A DNA stretch of 64,000 bases from Paraspadella gotoi (lineage: Eukaryota > Animalia > Chaetognatha): assembly GCA_051294375.1 (NCBI GenBank), contig JBJCIZ010000358.1, positions 18,146-82,145 of the forward strand. The letters run 5' to 3'. Below, piece after piece: positions 13,553-25,992 of the stretch. The translations under genes were made by a program, and so were the position numbers. Below the pieces are notes generated by a model, which saw only the letters and a program-made list of their open reading frames with translations, was not told the origin of the DNA and did not search any database. Position 1 is the first letter of the stretch; every line of letters begins with the position of its first letter.

Positions 13553-13817
13553 CATTATTCTCAAGTTTCAAAATATTTTTTTCCAAAATCATTCAATCAA
13601 TTTCTTTTTATTAATTTAAAATGTTTTTATGATGTTGTTTTTGTTTGAAAGAATTGAAAAAAAGTGAAAAATATAGTAATTATATAAGGTTTTTGAAAAT
13701 ACCTTTAAAATATTAGATAATTAGACACAAGCAGAGAAAACTTTCCATTCATAAAAAAAATTAAAAATGAATTTGTCATATTGTTATTTAGATTAATTGA
13801 CTAATTACAAACATATG

Positions 13818-14155
13818 ATTCATATAAATTGAGGAAATGATGGGTAAAAATATTCATCTTGGTCTCGGTTAACTATTAAGTTATCGTTAAAGTTTTGTTT
13901 TAATAATATTAATATTTTTTTGCATTTATAAAAGCAATGGTCTAAAATTTTGTAAGCGTTTCGAGCTATATTGCTTCATCTTTTTTACTATTTTTGATCT
14001 CGTTAGCTTTTTTGTTGATGGTCAATGGTTATGGTCAGACACAGTAATGTCCAGTAGTGTATATCGCACATATTACCAAAAGTAATAATCAATTAATTTG
14101 GCTCAGAAACAATTTTAAAGGGATAAAATCAGCACGAGACCGTCATTATTTTTCA
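13818..14155 (+). repeat. Dispersed repeat, with an inverted copy at about 62335-62680
   Basis: High-identity reverse-complement match, e.g. ATGATGGGTAAAAATATTCATCTTGGTCTCGGTTAAC. Confidence 0.8.
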
Positions 14156-14823
14156 TTGTGTCATATAGTAAAGGTTGAAACGTTTGAATTCTTTATAGAG
14201 ATCCCTCGGAAACTCGTAAACACTTAATAAAACTAGCAACGTGAAAACGTTCGACGTCGCGGCGTAACGAGGCAACTGCCTCTGATTTTTCCTTAATTTC
14301 AAACGTTAAAAAATAAGCCAGATATTCACTTTCTTCTTCGTATTAATCGTCGTCGTCGCAAATCGGGAAACTTGGGACTCGGATATCGAAATCTCTATCG
14401 TCGGACTCCCGCGTTGGATATTGTGAACACCAATACAATGATGTTTCATATAACCTATTCAGAGATAACGATTTCAAACACCGAATTTTTTTATGGCTGA
14501 ATACACTGCGCCACGCTAATTTTCATCGTGTCTTACATAGGGATCGTTCATACCAAATTTCAATAAATTTGATCCAGTAGTTTTCTCGGAACGAGTTCTG
14601 GTCACAAAAATGGGGTACCTCATTTTGTAATATGTAGCCTTCTGTCTCACCAACAAGATCACCAGAAGATAATATGGCTAAACGCATGTTAACATTAATG
14701 AATTTTTTGTTTCCCCCCAAAAATTTAAAAGCAAACCTACCTACCTACTTACCTACTACCTACCTATATAATTTAATTTGAACAAAATTTTTTTGAAAAT
14801 CATTTGGCCGAGTGCTTAGCGCG

Positions 14824-16100
14824 CACAGTCATCGAAATATTTTTTTTACTCGGAAAAAGGGTGGTACATCATATGTTAATAAGTTTTCGTTTAATCTGTC
14901 CAGGTGTATCACAAGAACACTGTCTTATGATATCGGGTTGTAAAAATTATTTATATCGGAGATATAAGGCTTTTCTTTTTTTGGAGCTCACTTTGTTTTG
15001 TTATTTGTAGACATTTTAATGATAAAAACCAAATTTTTTTTACTCATTGTCAATAACTGGATAGTTTGCATGGATTGAATTATAAATTACTTGGACAGCA
15101 TTTCACTGTATATAAGTTTTCAAATACTAGCCTAAAGTCTATATGGAAGCACGCGGAAGCATGGCCATTTCCACTGCATTTAATGATTCATCATATCAGG
15201 AAGCTACCATATTTGATTTTTTGTCCGCCGTGTCCGGCATGGTTAGTTATAACCAAATGATTTTTGAAATAATTATTTTTACAAAAATTCGATACAACTA
15301 ATTTATTTTGTACAATATTCTTTTAAAGGAAATTTTTAATTTAAAAAAGAAAAACCTTAGTTCTTAACTAAAATAATTATAATTCGGAGAAAAAAAAATA
15401 AAAAGCAAAAAATGCTACAATAAGAAAAAGACCCCAGCCCACCACCTCCGCAATGCCAATTATCATTAAGATGTGGAGATTAGAGGCAAGTTGTTTGTCA
15501 ATGTTAATTCATTTCTTTCATTGAAAAAGGAGTTTTTCAAATTTTTTTTTTTTAACGTGAACTAATTATTCGTTAGAATTTTTGCCAAGTTAATTGCTAA
15601 GGTGAATTTAGGTATATCTAAGGTATATGGACTTTGACATCATTGTTTATTCTGCTTTGAATTCATTCTTATATCATATTTCTTATCATCAATTCCATAA
15701 TCCTCTTTATTGGCATTGGTTTTTATGATGACGCCTAATTTTTGGGCCATGAAAAATTTTGTAAGGAAATTTAAAATAATATTAAAAACTAGAAAGCTGC
15801 GATGGAAACTAAAAAAAATTTAGATACTTGATTAATTCAAATACGAAATTTAGTGTTTAGAATTGTCTCTTTACTGTTTTTACTATAAAAAATTCAGGAA
15901 ACGATCTAAGAAAACCATGAAGAATTATTTTCTCTTTACCAAATTTAAAAAATCTACAAACATATTTGCCATTTTATAAGTAACGAATAAAGTTTTTTAA
16001 ATATAACTACTTATAATATAACAACCTACTAAAAACCAATCAAACTAATTGCACTATCGCATAGTTTTTCTGAGAATAAAACTTCATTTCGATGACTGTG
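14824..16100. mobile_element. Transib-like non-autonomous element (CACAGTC TIRs, 5-bp TSD GCGCG)
   Basis: gcgcg|CACAGTCATCGAAAT...ATTTCGATGACTGTG|gcgcg. CAC..GTG ends with a GC-rich 5-bp TSD are Transib hallmarks. Confidence 0.85.
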
Positions 16101-16269
16101 GCGCGCCGGATTTCAACGTTACAAAGAGGTTTCAGGTTCAAATCTGGCCGAAGTTACTTTTTACCATAAGTTCTGATGTCCCAAAATTGGTCGTAGAGCG
16201 ATGGCTTACCGAAGGGGGAGTCGCCATATGTGAACTCAATATCAAGACAAAAGCTCTCTTTTAAATTAT

Positions 16270-16600
16270 CATTTGTACTCGAGTTACAGAGCTTGCCATC
16301 TCAGACGGATGCTACTGTATCCAGCTCAATCACCCACTTTCCTACCCACACACATTCTAATTCAATCTAATCCAACCTTCCAATCACGAGTAATTGGAGT
16401 TTTTTGCTAAGGGGAGACTTATGGAAGGACAGATGGATGGACAGACATCATTTTTTTGGTTTTTTTTTGCTTAATTTAACATAATATGTTGTTCTGATGT
16501 GATGAAAATGATTTACCGACAAGATTTAGGGGTGAGACCGACGGACCGACAAAGTGAATTATAAATTCGGAATCTGCTGATAAGCAGATCCGATTAAAAA
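16270..16600 (-). mobile_element. HINE/DINE-like element, 5' part, minus strand
   Basis: Reverse complement of the 9425 element, including the terminal palindrome ATCTGCTGATAAGCAGATCCGA and the GACR microsatellite. Confidence 0.75.
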
Positions 16601-17069
16601 ACAGTTAACGTTTATGTCGATGCAGTAAACCATGGCAATGCTTTCTTTCGTGTCACTGGATTTGGCTAACGGGGTAAATTTGGCATAAAAAATTTTGCAG
16701 GAATCTAGAACTTTTAAAAATAATTGATATTTCTGGGAGAACTATTGCTGGCAAGATTATTATACTTTTCATCAAAAGCATGGTTCAAGGCAGGAATCCG
16801 AGATTGTTCGCAATATGACTTAGATGGGGATGAGCATCGTTTCTAAACAACTCATTGTTTTATATCAAATTTGGTAGCGTTTGATAGACAATTGCAAACA
16901 TTATCTACATGCATAATTTCATCATAATCCGACAATCTGTTCAAAAGTAATCGCCAAAAAACAATCGCAAAAATCGCTCTTCAAACCGATCAACTTTTGG
17001 TTAAAATCGAGCTCCTTTTGATCCAACAAAGATTAGTACTATGCGCAGTACTAAGTTTTAGAACCGGCG

Positions 17070-17715
17070 TACAGTGAGATCCTGGGCCTGAATTTTTCAA
17101 AAAAATCCCGCTCGGTTAAAAATATTTTTTTATTATAAATTAACTATAAAATTAATTTTTTAAAAATTTATTTGAATATTAAAATAATTTAAAAGTAATT
17201 TATATAATTTTAAATAAAATAAAATTATTTTATAATAAAATATATATTATTATCAGATTATATAATAATAATAAAATAATAATAATAATTATAATTAAAA
17301 AAATAAAATTAAAAAATAAAAATTTATATTTTATTTATTATTATTATTATTATTTTATTATTATTATTATTATTAAAAAAATAAAAAAATTAAAAATTAT
17401 TTTTATTTATTATATTTAATATAATTATTATATTTTATTAAAATTAAAATTTTATTTTAATCTTATATTTTTTAATTATATCATAATAAAAAAAATTATT
17501 GCAGTTTAAAGAAATTAGTTAATTTTATTATAAAATATAATTTTTAATACATATATACTTTTTAATATATAGTACTACCTTTCTCGGATTAAATAAAAAA
17601 ATTTATTTTTAATATTATAATTATATTTATATAAATATTTTTATATATTATATAAAAATATAAAAAAATTTAAAAATTATTTTTCTAGCATTTGGGACTC
17701 ACCAGCAACACTGTG
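17070..17715. mobile_element. Transib-like element with an extremely AT-rich interior (copy 1)
   Basis: cggcg|TACAGTG...CACTGTG|cgacg: perfect CACAGTG heptamer at the right end and a 4/5 TSD match. Confidence 0.65.
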
Positions 17716-17820
17716 CGACGATTTTTGTTTTTAATAAGTTTTTAAAGAGAGAGATATAACAAAAAAAGAAATTAAAGTTTAAAACTATGCGGCAGTACTA
17801 AGCTTTAGAAGCGCGAGGCG

Positions 17821-18459
17821 TACAGTGAGATCCTGGGCCTGAATTTTCAAAAAAATCCCGCTCGGGTTAAAAATAATATTTTTTTATTATAAATTAACTA
17901 TAAAATTAATTTTTTAAAAATTTATTTGAATATTAAAATAATTTAAAAGTAATTATATAATTTTAAATAATAAAATTATTTTAATAAAATATATATTATT
18001 ATCAGATTATATATAAATAATAAAATAATAATAATATATTATAATGAAAATAAATAAAAAATAAAAATTTTATATTATTTATTATTATTATTATTACTTT
18101 ATTATTATTTATTATTATTAATTATTAAAAATAAAAAAATTAAAAATTATTTTATTTATTATATTTAATATAATTATTATATTTTATTAAAATTAAAATT
18201 TTATTTTAATCTTATATTTTTTAATTATATCATAATAAAAAAAATTATTGCAGTTTAAAGAAATTAGTTAACTTTTATTAATAAATATATTTTTAATACA
18301 TATATACTTTTTAAAATATAGTACTACCTTTCTCGGATTAATAAAAATTTATTTTTAATATTAATTATATTTATATAAATATTTTTATATATTATATAAA
18401 AATATAAAAAATTTAAAAAATTATTTTTCTAGCATTTGGGACTCACCAGCAACACTGTG
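17821..18459. mobile_element. Tandem second copy of the AT-rich Transib-like element (possibly an assembly duplicate)
   Basis: Near-identical to 17070-17715 including both flanks; differs mostly by 1-bp indels; lies close to a 25-N gap. Confidence 0.55.
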
Positions 18460-19316
18460 CGACGACTTTTTGTTTTTATAAGTTTTATTGGACTTTTTTT
18501 AAATTTTGCATTATATTGAGAAAACGCTTTTGAATTAAGCCGCGCCTCTACCTGATTTGAATAGTAAAAATCAATACAGTTTCTGCGTATAGTGTTCAAA
18601 CTTGAAAAAAATGAAGGCTTGACATACTGCAGTTTTCACCTAAAAAACCAGTTCATTTGATTGGGCTTTATCAAGGGCAATTAAGATTGCAATAATCTTT
18701 AATTTTCGCTTTTGTTATCATCTGTACGAGAAGGCTATAAGGTTCGGAAACTGTACTGATATGTATGATTTGGTCTTTTTTCTCAAGAGCCAGGATGTTT
18801 TCTTGGAAAGGGGAAAACGGCCTGACCAATCCATTTAAATACCATTTTTTGGGCATGATAAAATAGGAATTTCGATCGCGCTCTACTCCATTGGCTTCCC
18901 AAGACGCCAAGCTTCGAAATCTGCCCATATGACATAATTTTTTTTGGCCTTGACTATGCAGTTTTGAATAGAAGTGAAATATAAAGGAANNNNNNNNNNN
19001 NNNNNNNNNNNNNNATTGGACTTTTTTTAAATTTTGCATTATATTGAGAAAACGCTTTTGAATTAAGCCCGCGCTCTACCTGATTTGAATAGTAAAAATC
19101 AATACAGTTTCTGTTAATAGTGTTCAAATTGAAAAAAATGAAGGCTTGACTATGCACGTTTTCACCTAAAAAACCAGTTCAATTTGATTGTTTTCAATCT
19201 TGATCGGAGCTTCGATTCGAACGATGCGCATCTCTAACTTAGAGTAGCCAGTTTAAATTTTTATTTTTCCCGTAACTTCCGCTTATAATTATTTTTGTTT
19301 TCTATTCGGTCTGCAG

Positions 19317-19518
19317 TCCCAACATCGCTGTCATGATCCTGACGACGATGAGCACCAACACTTCGCCTTTAAAGTCTTACGAATTTTCTGCCACCGCCGC
19401 CTCTGAGTCAACTCTCATCAAACTACAGGCTCCCACTGCCGATCATCTCCCGCCCTTTAATCCTATTCTCCCGCCATCGGCTATTTCTCAAATCTTGCTT
19501 TTGGCTAATCCCAACAAG
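19317..19518 (+). CDS. GGA: GGA-family ADP-ribosylation factor-binding clathrin adaptor, penultimate exon (GAE domain)
   Basis: ctgcag|T CCC AAC...AAC AAG|gtaagc encodes PNIAVMILTTMSTNTSPLKSYEFSATAASESTLIKLQAPTADHLPPFNPILPPSAISQILLLANPNK. This matches the GGA GAE motif KLQPPSGTELPAFNPI.PP.AITQV.LLANP.K. Upstream exons were not found in the window. Confidence 0.9.
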
Positions 19519-19631
19519 GTAAGCAACCAGACCGTCACTTATCACAGTTATTTATCACAGTTATTTATCACATATTCCGCCTCTGTCGGTCCTTCCCATA
19601 TAGTTTAGTAAGTCACATCATTTTAGAACAA

Positions 19632-19676
19632 CTTAATTATCGTAGGCAAATCCGACATTGTTTGCTCAAACTTGTT
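19632..19676 (+). mobile_element. HINE/DINE-like 3' end
   Basis: TAATTATCGTAGGCAAATCCGACATTGTTTGCTCAAACTTGTT, the same motif as at 9361. Confidence 0.7.
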
Positions 19677-20371
19677 ACTCATAATTGCAGATAATTATTC
19701 TATTTATTCAGAGTTGCATAGATGAACTGAGAAAAAAATTTGTGTGTGGGGAAGAAAGCTTGTCATTAAGCTAGCTATAAAGTTTCGTTGGAATCGTGCA
19801 AATGAAAATGAGTTTTAATAGAAAAAACAATTCACATTTACATTTACTTAATTTTATTATTAAAGTGTCGGTAACGTGACCTGTGACTTTTATTTTTATA
19901 TTTCTTTCCCTCTCTCTTTTCCCTAGTCACTGATTCATAGTAGTGCCTGAATCTAGATTCAGATTTTCAAAAAACTTTCAAAATATAATCAGAACTATAT
20001 TTAATGGAAATTAGTTATACAGCAGGTGGACCAAGTATGCTTAAAAGGTTAGTAATAAAAATCGAGTGACTCGAATATGCAAATGAGATTAATGCGTCAT
20101 CGTACGGTTGAATATAAGGCAAAAAAGGGCATAAACAATTTATTAATTATTATTTTTTAAAAAACAATGTTTTAATAGTTCTTTATGGGAATTCTGTATA
20201 ATAAAAAATATTTTAAAAAGCTAATTTATCTAACAATATTAACATAATTATTGGATGTAAATATATATGTTTTACTTCTTTTTTTTATTAATTTTTTTTA
20301 TGAAATAGGTTTAACCACTATTTTTTTTTTTAATTTTGAAAAAATATTTAGCAAAAATATAACTTTTTTAA

Positions 20372-21187
20372 GAAAAAGGGCCATTCAATTCAACTTCAAA
20401 ATAGGCTGAAATGGAGTACATAATGCCAGAAAGCTGAGCTCCTGGCGATTCCGAAAATGTATTCACTTTATACATTTGATGCATTCTACCCATTTATATC
20501 GGTTTTAATTATATATATAAAATAAAAGAAACCTATCTGAAGAGTTGCAGTCAAATGAAAAGGCCAATGCATCTGATATTTTTTATGAATTTTTATTACT
20601 GAATTAAGAAAAGTGTAATAGAGAGACATTTTTAAATTTCAACTGTATCCCTGAAAATGAAAGTTTTTAAACTTCAACCGAATTCTTTCTAACTGGAAGT
20701 GTTTATCAAAATGTCTCTCTATTACATTTTTACAAATGTTTTTAAGATTGCTAATCAAATTTTTAATTCAATATTATTGCAGTCATTTAGGCTGCAACTC
20801 TTCAAATTCAGTGTAGATTCATTGTAGCTCGAATTTCTTTACCATCTATTTAACTGAAGATTTTGTTCATGACTGGAAAACCAACAGAGTAACGAGATAA
20901 TTGTTTAATTCTCCCCTTCTAAACTACCCCATAGCCGTGTTTTTAACTTCTTAACGCTAGGAACTTTTTAACAACCAGATTGAAAAAACAAATCTTTAAA
21001 AAATGTGCTTACCATTTAACTTAACAATTTTGTTATTTACCGCATTTAAAAAATTTATTGAAAACAGAATGTTTACATATAATAAGAACTTATTTTTTTG
21101 TGATAACTGATGACTATAATGTATTTCTCGATATATTAGCTCTAACAAATAAATGATTACGTATTGTTATGCTGAATACCTTTCCTC
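20372..21187 (-). mobile_element. TTAA-flanked non-autonomous TIR element (Kolobok-like), copy 1
   Basis: TTAA|GAAAAAGGGCCATTC...GAATACCTTTCCTC|TTAA; imperfect ~15-bp TIRs starting with purines. An inverted second copy lies at 24669-28203. Confidence 0.7.
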
Positions 21188-21191
21188 TTAA

Positions 21192-22296
21192 GGTCGGGAT
21201 CACTCAATTCAAATTATAATTAGGCCTAAAACCAGCTCTCGGAAAATTTCGAAAAGGAAAGCTCTGAGATTCGAAAATGTATTCACATTTACTATTTTTT
21301 TAAAGACGTAGTCGTTTTTTTTGATTTTTTTTGTAGCTATATAAAAAAAAAGAAACCCATTTGAAAAGAAGAAATTGCAGCCCAAACGTGTAACGGCGGT
21401 TTTCCATGAAATTTAGCATAATTACCTTTGTGGTCACGGACTCCAATTCTAATGAAAAGATACTTTCAAAATTTGCATTCCTTCATAAGAAATTTGATTT
21501 TTTTTAATCATTTTTTGGATTTTAATTCCTTGAAATATTGAAACGAAAAACGTTTTTCCAAAAACGCGCTCATAAAACTCCCCACCTTTTCCTTTCTTGC
21601 CCAAGATATTTTTTCTTCAAGAAGAGTCCAAAACGGTTTGAAGCTGCAACTCTTCGTTTTTAACTTCTCTTCGTCAAGAAAGTTAAATTCTTTACTCATT
21701 ACTCTTGCAAGATTCACCAAAAACATACACAAGCACGGGATGTGATGATGGAATTTGTTCAACTCCGAAGTCTTAAAAAAATGGCTTACTGTTTTAATAA
21801 TTTGGATTTGATTTTTTTTTTCAAGATTCCCGAGAAAATAGGGCAAACTCTTTATGATAAAACATTTACATAAAACTAAAAGTCAAATTGAAAAAAATTC
21901 GATAATTTTTTAACTCATAAAACTCATAAAAGCTAAAAACCCTTCTGGAAAATGTGTAGAGTAGTTTATTTTAAGACTTATTAGTGATACAGCTCCAAGT
22001 ACGTACTTGCAACAAAAAGAAAAAATATAGAGAAGTAGAAATTGAGCTTACTGTAAAAAACGAGTTTAAAGCTAAAAATTTGGTAGAAAATTTAGCTTAC
22101 ATTTAAAAAATTATTTTCTCTTGAAAATCTAGTTTACCTAAGAAAAAATTTTGTTTTAAATTTTATGAACATTTTTGGTAAGAATTTTTAAAAGTTTTTG
22201 ATTATTTTTAAATAGAAATCCTTCTTACGGGATGCGAGAAAATGATTAAGATACATAAATTGAGTTCTTCAATTTTAAGTTTGAGTGACCCTGGCC
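21192..22296. mobile_element. Second TTAA-associated TIR element (Kolobok-like)
   Basis: TTAA|GGTCGGGATCACTCAA...TTGAGTGACCCTGGCC|(T)TTAA; shares its left TTAA with the preceding element. Confidence 0.6.
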
Positions 22297-22395
22297 TTTA
22301 ATTGGTTCAGGCAAGTAGAATACAACAATACTTTATGAGTCAGATTCTGAAAATGAATTGGAAAAGATGATTTTTGATACTTCTTTTTCTGACTA

Positions 22396-22990
22396 ATTTT
22401 TAGTCGGATCTGCTTATCAGCAGATCCCGACTCTATAATTCACCTTGTCCGACCGTTGGTCTGCCCCCTCAATATTGTCGGGCACTAACTTATATCATGT
22501 CAGAACATAGAATTATGATAAATTATGCAAAAAAATGATGTCGTCCGTCCCACCTTAGCAAAAAACACAATTACTCGTGATTGAATGATGGATTTGAATG
22601 AAATTTTGTGTGTGGGTTGGAAAGTGTGTGATTGAGCTGGATATAAAGTTTCGATGGATTCGTCCGAGTGGAAATGAGTTTTAAATGGAAAAAACTAAAA
22701 AATATAATTCACTATTTGAACACCAATTGCTCATGAGTGGATGGGGCGATTGACTGGAATTTTGTATTGAGTAGGGAAATGTGTGATTAAACAGGAAACC
22801 AAGTTTTGATGGAATCGTTTGAGTGGTAAATGAAGTTTATATGGAATAAATAACTCGTGATTGGCTGATTGGATCGGAATGAAATTTTGTGTATGGGTAG
22901 AACATGTGTGATGAAGCTGGATAGAAATTTTTGACGGAATCATGTGAGGATATGAGTTTAAATGGAAAAAACATAAGTCGCATTTACTAA
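22396..22990 (+). mobile_element. HINE/DINE-like element, 5' part with tandemly reiterated core
   Basis: Same terminal palindrome and core as 9425; the core block is repeated about 3 times. Confidence 0.75.
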
Positions 22991-23188
22991 AATTTTTTTA
23001 CTTATTTTAACCAATAAATACTCTAATTAATCATAATTGGATGGCTAGATTGAGTTCAATAAAATTAATTTTTTTTACAAATAATGTTCACTGATGGTAT
23101 GTTGTTCGTAATTGACTTTTAGAATTTTCGTATGTAACTTTACTACGCGCCTTAGTAATCATTGTGTTAGTGACAGAACCGTTCAATA

Positions 23189-23356
23189 TAAGCAGTCCCT
23201 GAGCTTCGGATCAGGCTGTAACACCGTGTTACAGGCGGGTTAAGTGCCCCGTCCCTCTACTGCTAGGCGAACCCCGGACCTTTGGGTTGGGAGGCGAATG
23301 ACTTGCCTCCCGCACCAATGGCCGCTGATGAACGGTTGGTAGATTTTAATCCACCA
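23189..23356 (-). ncRNA. tRNA-derived SINE-like element with a twister-like ribozyme (copy 1, T-arm 3' side deleted)
   Basis: Minus strand: GCGGCCATTGGTGCGGGAGG (A box) ... CTCCCAA ... GGGGTTC (B box), then TAGCAGT-AGAGG-GACGG-GGCACT-TAA-CCC-GC-CTGTAACACGGTGTTACAG-CCTGATCCGAAGCTCAGG-GACTGCTTA. Confidence 0.65.
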
Positions 23357-24034
23357 TACATCCGCCCTCCCGTAGGGAGAAATCTGTTGCGTCTCTTCAA
23401 TGAATTGTTGTTGTTGGTGGAAAGTGCATCGCCAGCTTGAGGCATGTCGCCTGAAAGTGTTGTTGTTGTTGTTGATGTAATAAATAATAATAAGAGTGAG
23501 GAGAAGGTGAAGAATTGTGACGATGTAAGAGAAGTAGAAAAGAAGTGAGACGAGCTTTCTCCTGATCCACTTTTATCATCGCCCGGACCAACTTGACCTT
23601 ATGGTCGCCTCGGCCCTATTACTGTGTTCGGTCAATTTAAGGTCATTGCCAATGCTAGGGCAAAGTGACCGTGTGGATTGACCGGCTCGGAGAAAGAGGA
23701 GAGAGGAAGGGTTTAGAGAGAGAGACCGGTGGTAAGTCGCCTCAATGTTATCATTTTGCTATCGCAACATCGAGTTTTTATTTTGTTCTTTCTTCTCGTC
23801 ACTCTTTATTTTTCATTATTTCCTTTCTATTCTTTCTTTCCTTTCTATTCTTTCTTTATTATTTATTCTTTTTGTTTTTTTTTTCTGTTTATAAATTAAT
23901 TTTCTTTTCTCAAATTTTATATTTTTTAGTATCAAAATTTGTCGTCAATCCAGATTTTTCTTATGCGATTGCGTCGATTTTTATGATTTTAAGATTTTTT
24001 AGTTTACATTTAAAATAGTCTTTTTAGAGGGAGA

Positions 24035-24560
24035 CACTATCATCGAAATAATTTTTTTTCTCGGAAAAAGTGTAGTCCATCGTACAAAAATATATATGCT
24101 TTTAATTAATTAGGGACTATCATCGGAAACCTCTCAAGCAATATCTGTTGTCAAAAATCATTTCTTTAGGTGATATAAGGCTTTTCTCTATTTCAGACTC
24201 ACTTTGTCGAGCTATATTCCAGGAACTTTATGATGAATTTACTTTTTATTTTAAATATTGTTAAACAACTGGATACCAAGCATGGATTAAATACAAATTT
24301 GTTCTAAAAAGGTTTTACTGTATCTGATTTTTTGAAAACTAGCTTAAAATATATAGGGAATCATGGGGAATCACTACCATTCTAATTAAATATAATGATT
24401 GATATTATAACGCACTTGATGTGTTCGGGATTTCATCCGCAACGATCCACAAAATAAGTAAATGCTAAAATGATTTTCAAATTAATTTTTTTTCTAACAC
24501 CCCGATAAGAACCATTTACTAAGTAAATTATTTTTTTAACTGCGATTTTGAAGTGGTTTA
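24035..24560 (+). mobile_element. Truncated relative of the 14824 Transib-like element
   Basis: Begins CACTATCATCGAAATAATTTTTTTTCTCGGAAAAAG and aligns by eye with 14824-15330. Confidence 0.6.
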
Positions 24561-24854
24561 ACTTATTGAATAATTTTTTTCTTTTTAAAATTTCATTTTA
24601 CCGTATTTGAGAGGTAAAAATAATTAAATAAAGCCAAAAAACTCCGCTTAGCGTTTGATTCATCTTAAGAGGAAAGGTCATTCAGCATAACAATACGTAA
24701 TCATTGATGTGTTAGAGCTAATATATCGAGAAATACATTATAGTCATCAGTAATCACAAAAAAATAAGTTCTTATTTATTTGTGTTCATTCTGTTTTCAA
24801 TAATTTTTTTAAAATGGGTAAATAACAAAATTGTTAAATTAAATGGGTAAGCAC

Positions 24855-25237
24855 TAGGGCGGATCATATGCATATATAATTTTCCAAAATATGTTGCCTG
24901 TCGGTGATTCCTTTACCTAATATAGTTTTATTTGATATCACAATAATAATTTCCAAAAAAATATTCAGGATCCACTGCAGATTTTACAATTTTTTAAGAA
25001 ATCATCATTTGCGAACTGTGATTGGTGGAAATTGGTCACGTGACCATCGAATTTTATTTTTGGTATTATATTTACTAAATAAAAAGTTGTTTTTCAGTTA
25101 AGCAATGGAAATTTTATATATTTAAAGCAATACATTAAGATTTATGAACAATATCAAGGAAAATAAACAAGAAAAAGAAATAAATAAAGCCCCAGACTGG
25201 ACATACAATCGACTTATCTCTCTTTCTTATTTTCTCA

Positions 25238-25282
<45 letters not shown>

Positions 25283-25956
25283 GAAGAATTTTATTTTCTC
25301 GCACGCGGAAACTAAAGTTCAAGCGTCCCCCGTCCAAAAATGAGTCGACAAGAGTTTCAAAATGTATGTTTATTGAGAGAAAATAGAAAAAAAACATGGT
25401 TTAGAAACTCATAGAAACAAGTTTCAGACAGTGATAGAAGGAGAAGACAAGGCGAGATATTCTTCACTTTTTCTCATTCTAAAATCGTAAATTTTAGACA
25501 AAAAAAATGAAATGAAATTACATTACGGATTTTTCATTTAATATTTTAAGAATCCAGATTTTTTCCCTTTTTTCGTTAGAGAAGACGCGAAGGGCGATGA
25601 AACATCGTCGATCGATGGAGATTGTTCTAGTTGACGAATTTGATTATAAAGAGGAGAAATCGCTAGAGCTACGGAGAAAACAATGAGCGGCGCTATTGCA
25701 TCACGCATAAAATGGGGTATATTTTTTTGAAATCTAGTAAACAAAAATATTTTGGAATCTTCTTTACCAATTTTTTTAAATTTCAGATTTTTTTTTTAAT
25801 TTTTTTTCCTTAATTTTTTTTTCAAACAATTTTTATTGCATAAAAAGGTTTTTATTAAATAATTCATACAAAATATCGAGATTGGTTTATTTTATTAAAC
25901 ATTGCATTCGAAATTCAAATGGTAAGATGGTAAGAAAGAGTAAATAAGAATAAGGA

Positions 25957-25992
<36 letters not shown>

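Noticed and set aside
17100-17690. Mitochondrial control-region NUMT
   Set aside because: No adjacent mitochondrial tRNA, rRNA or CDS sequence; bounded by transposon-like ends with a near-TSD.
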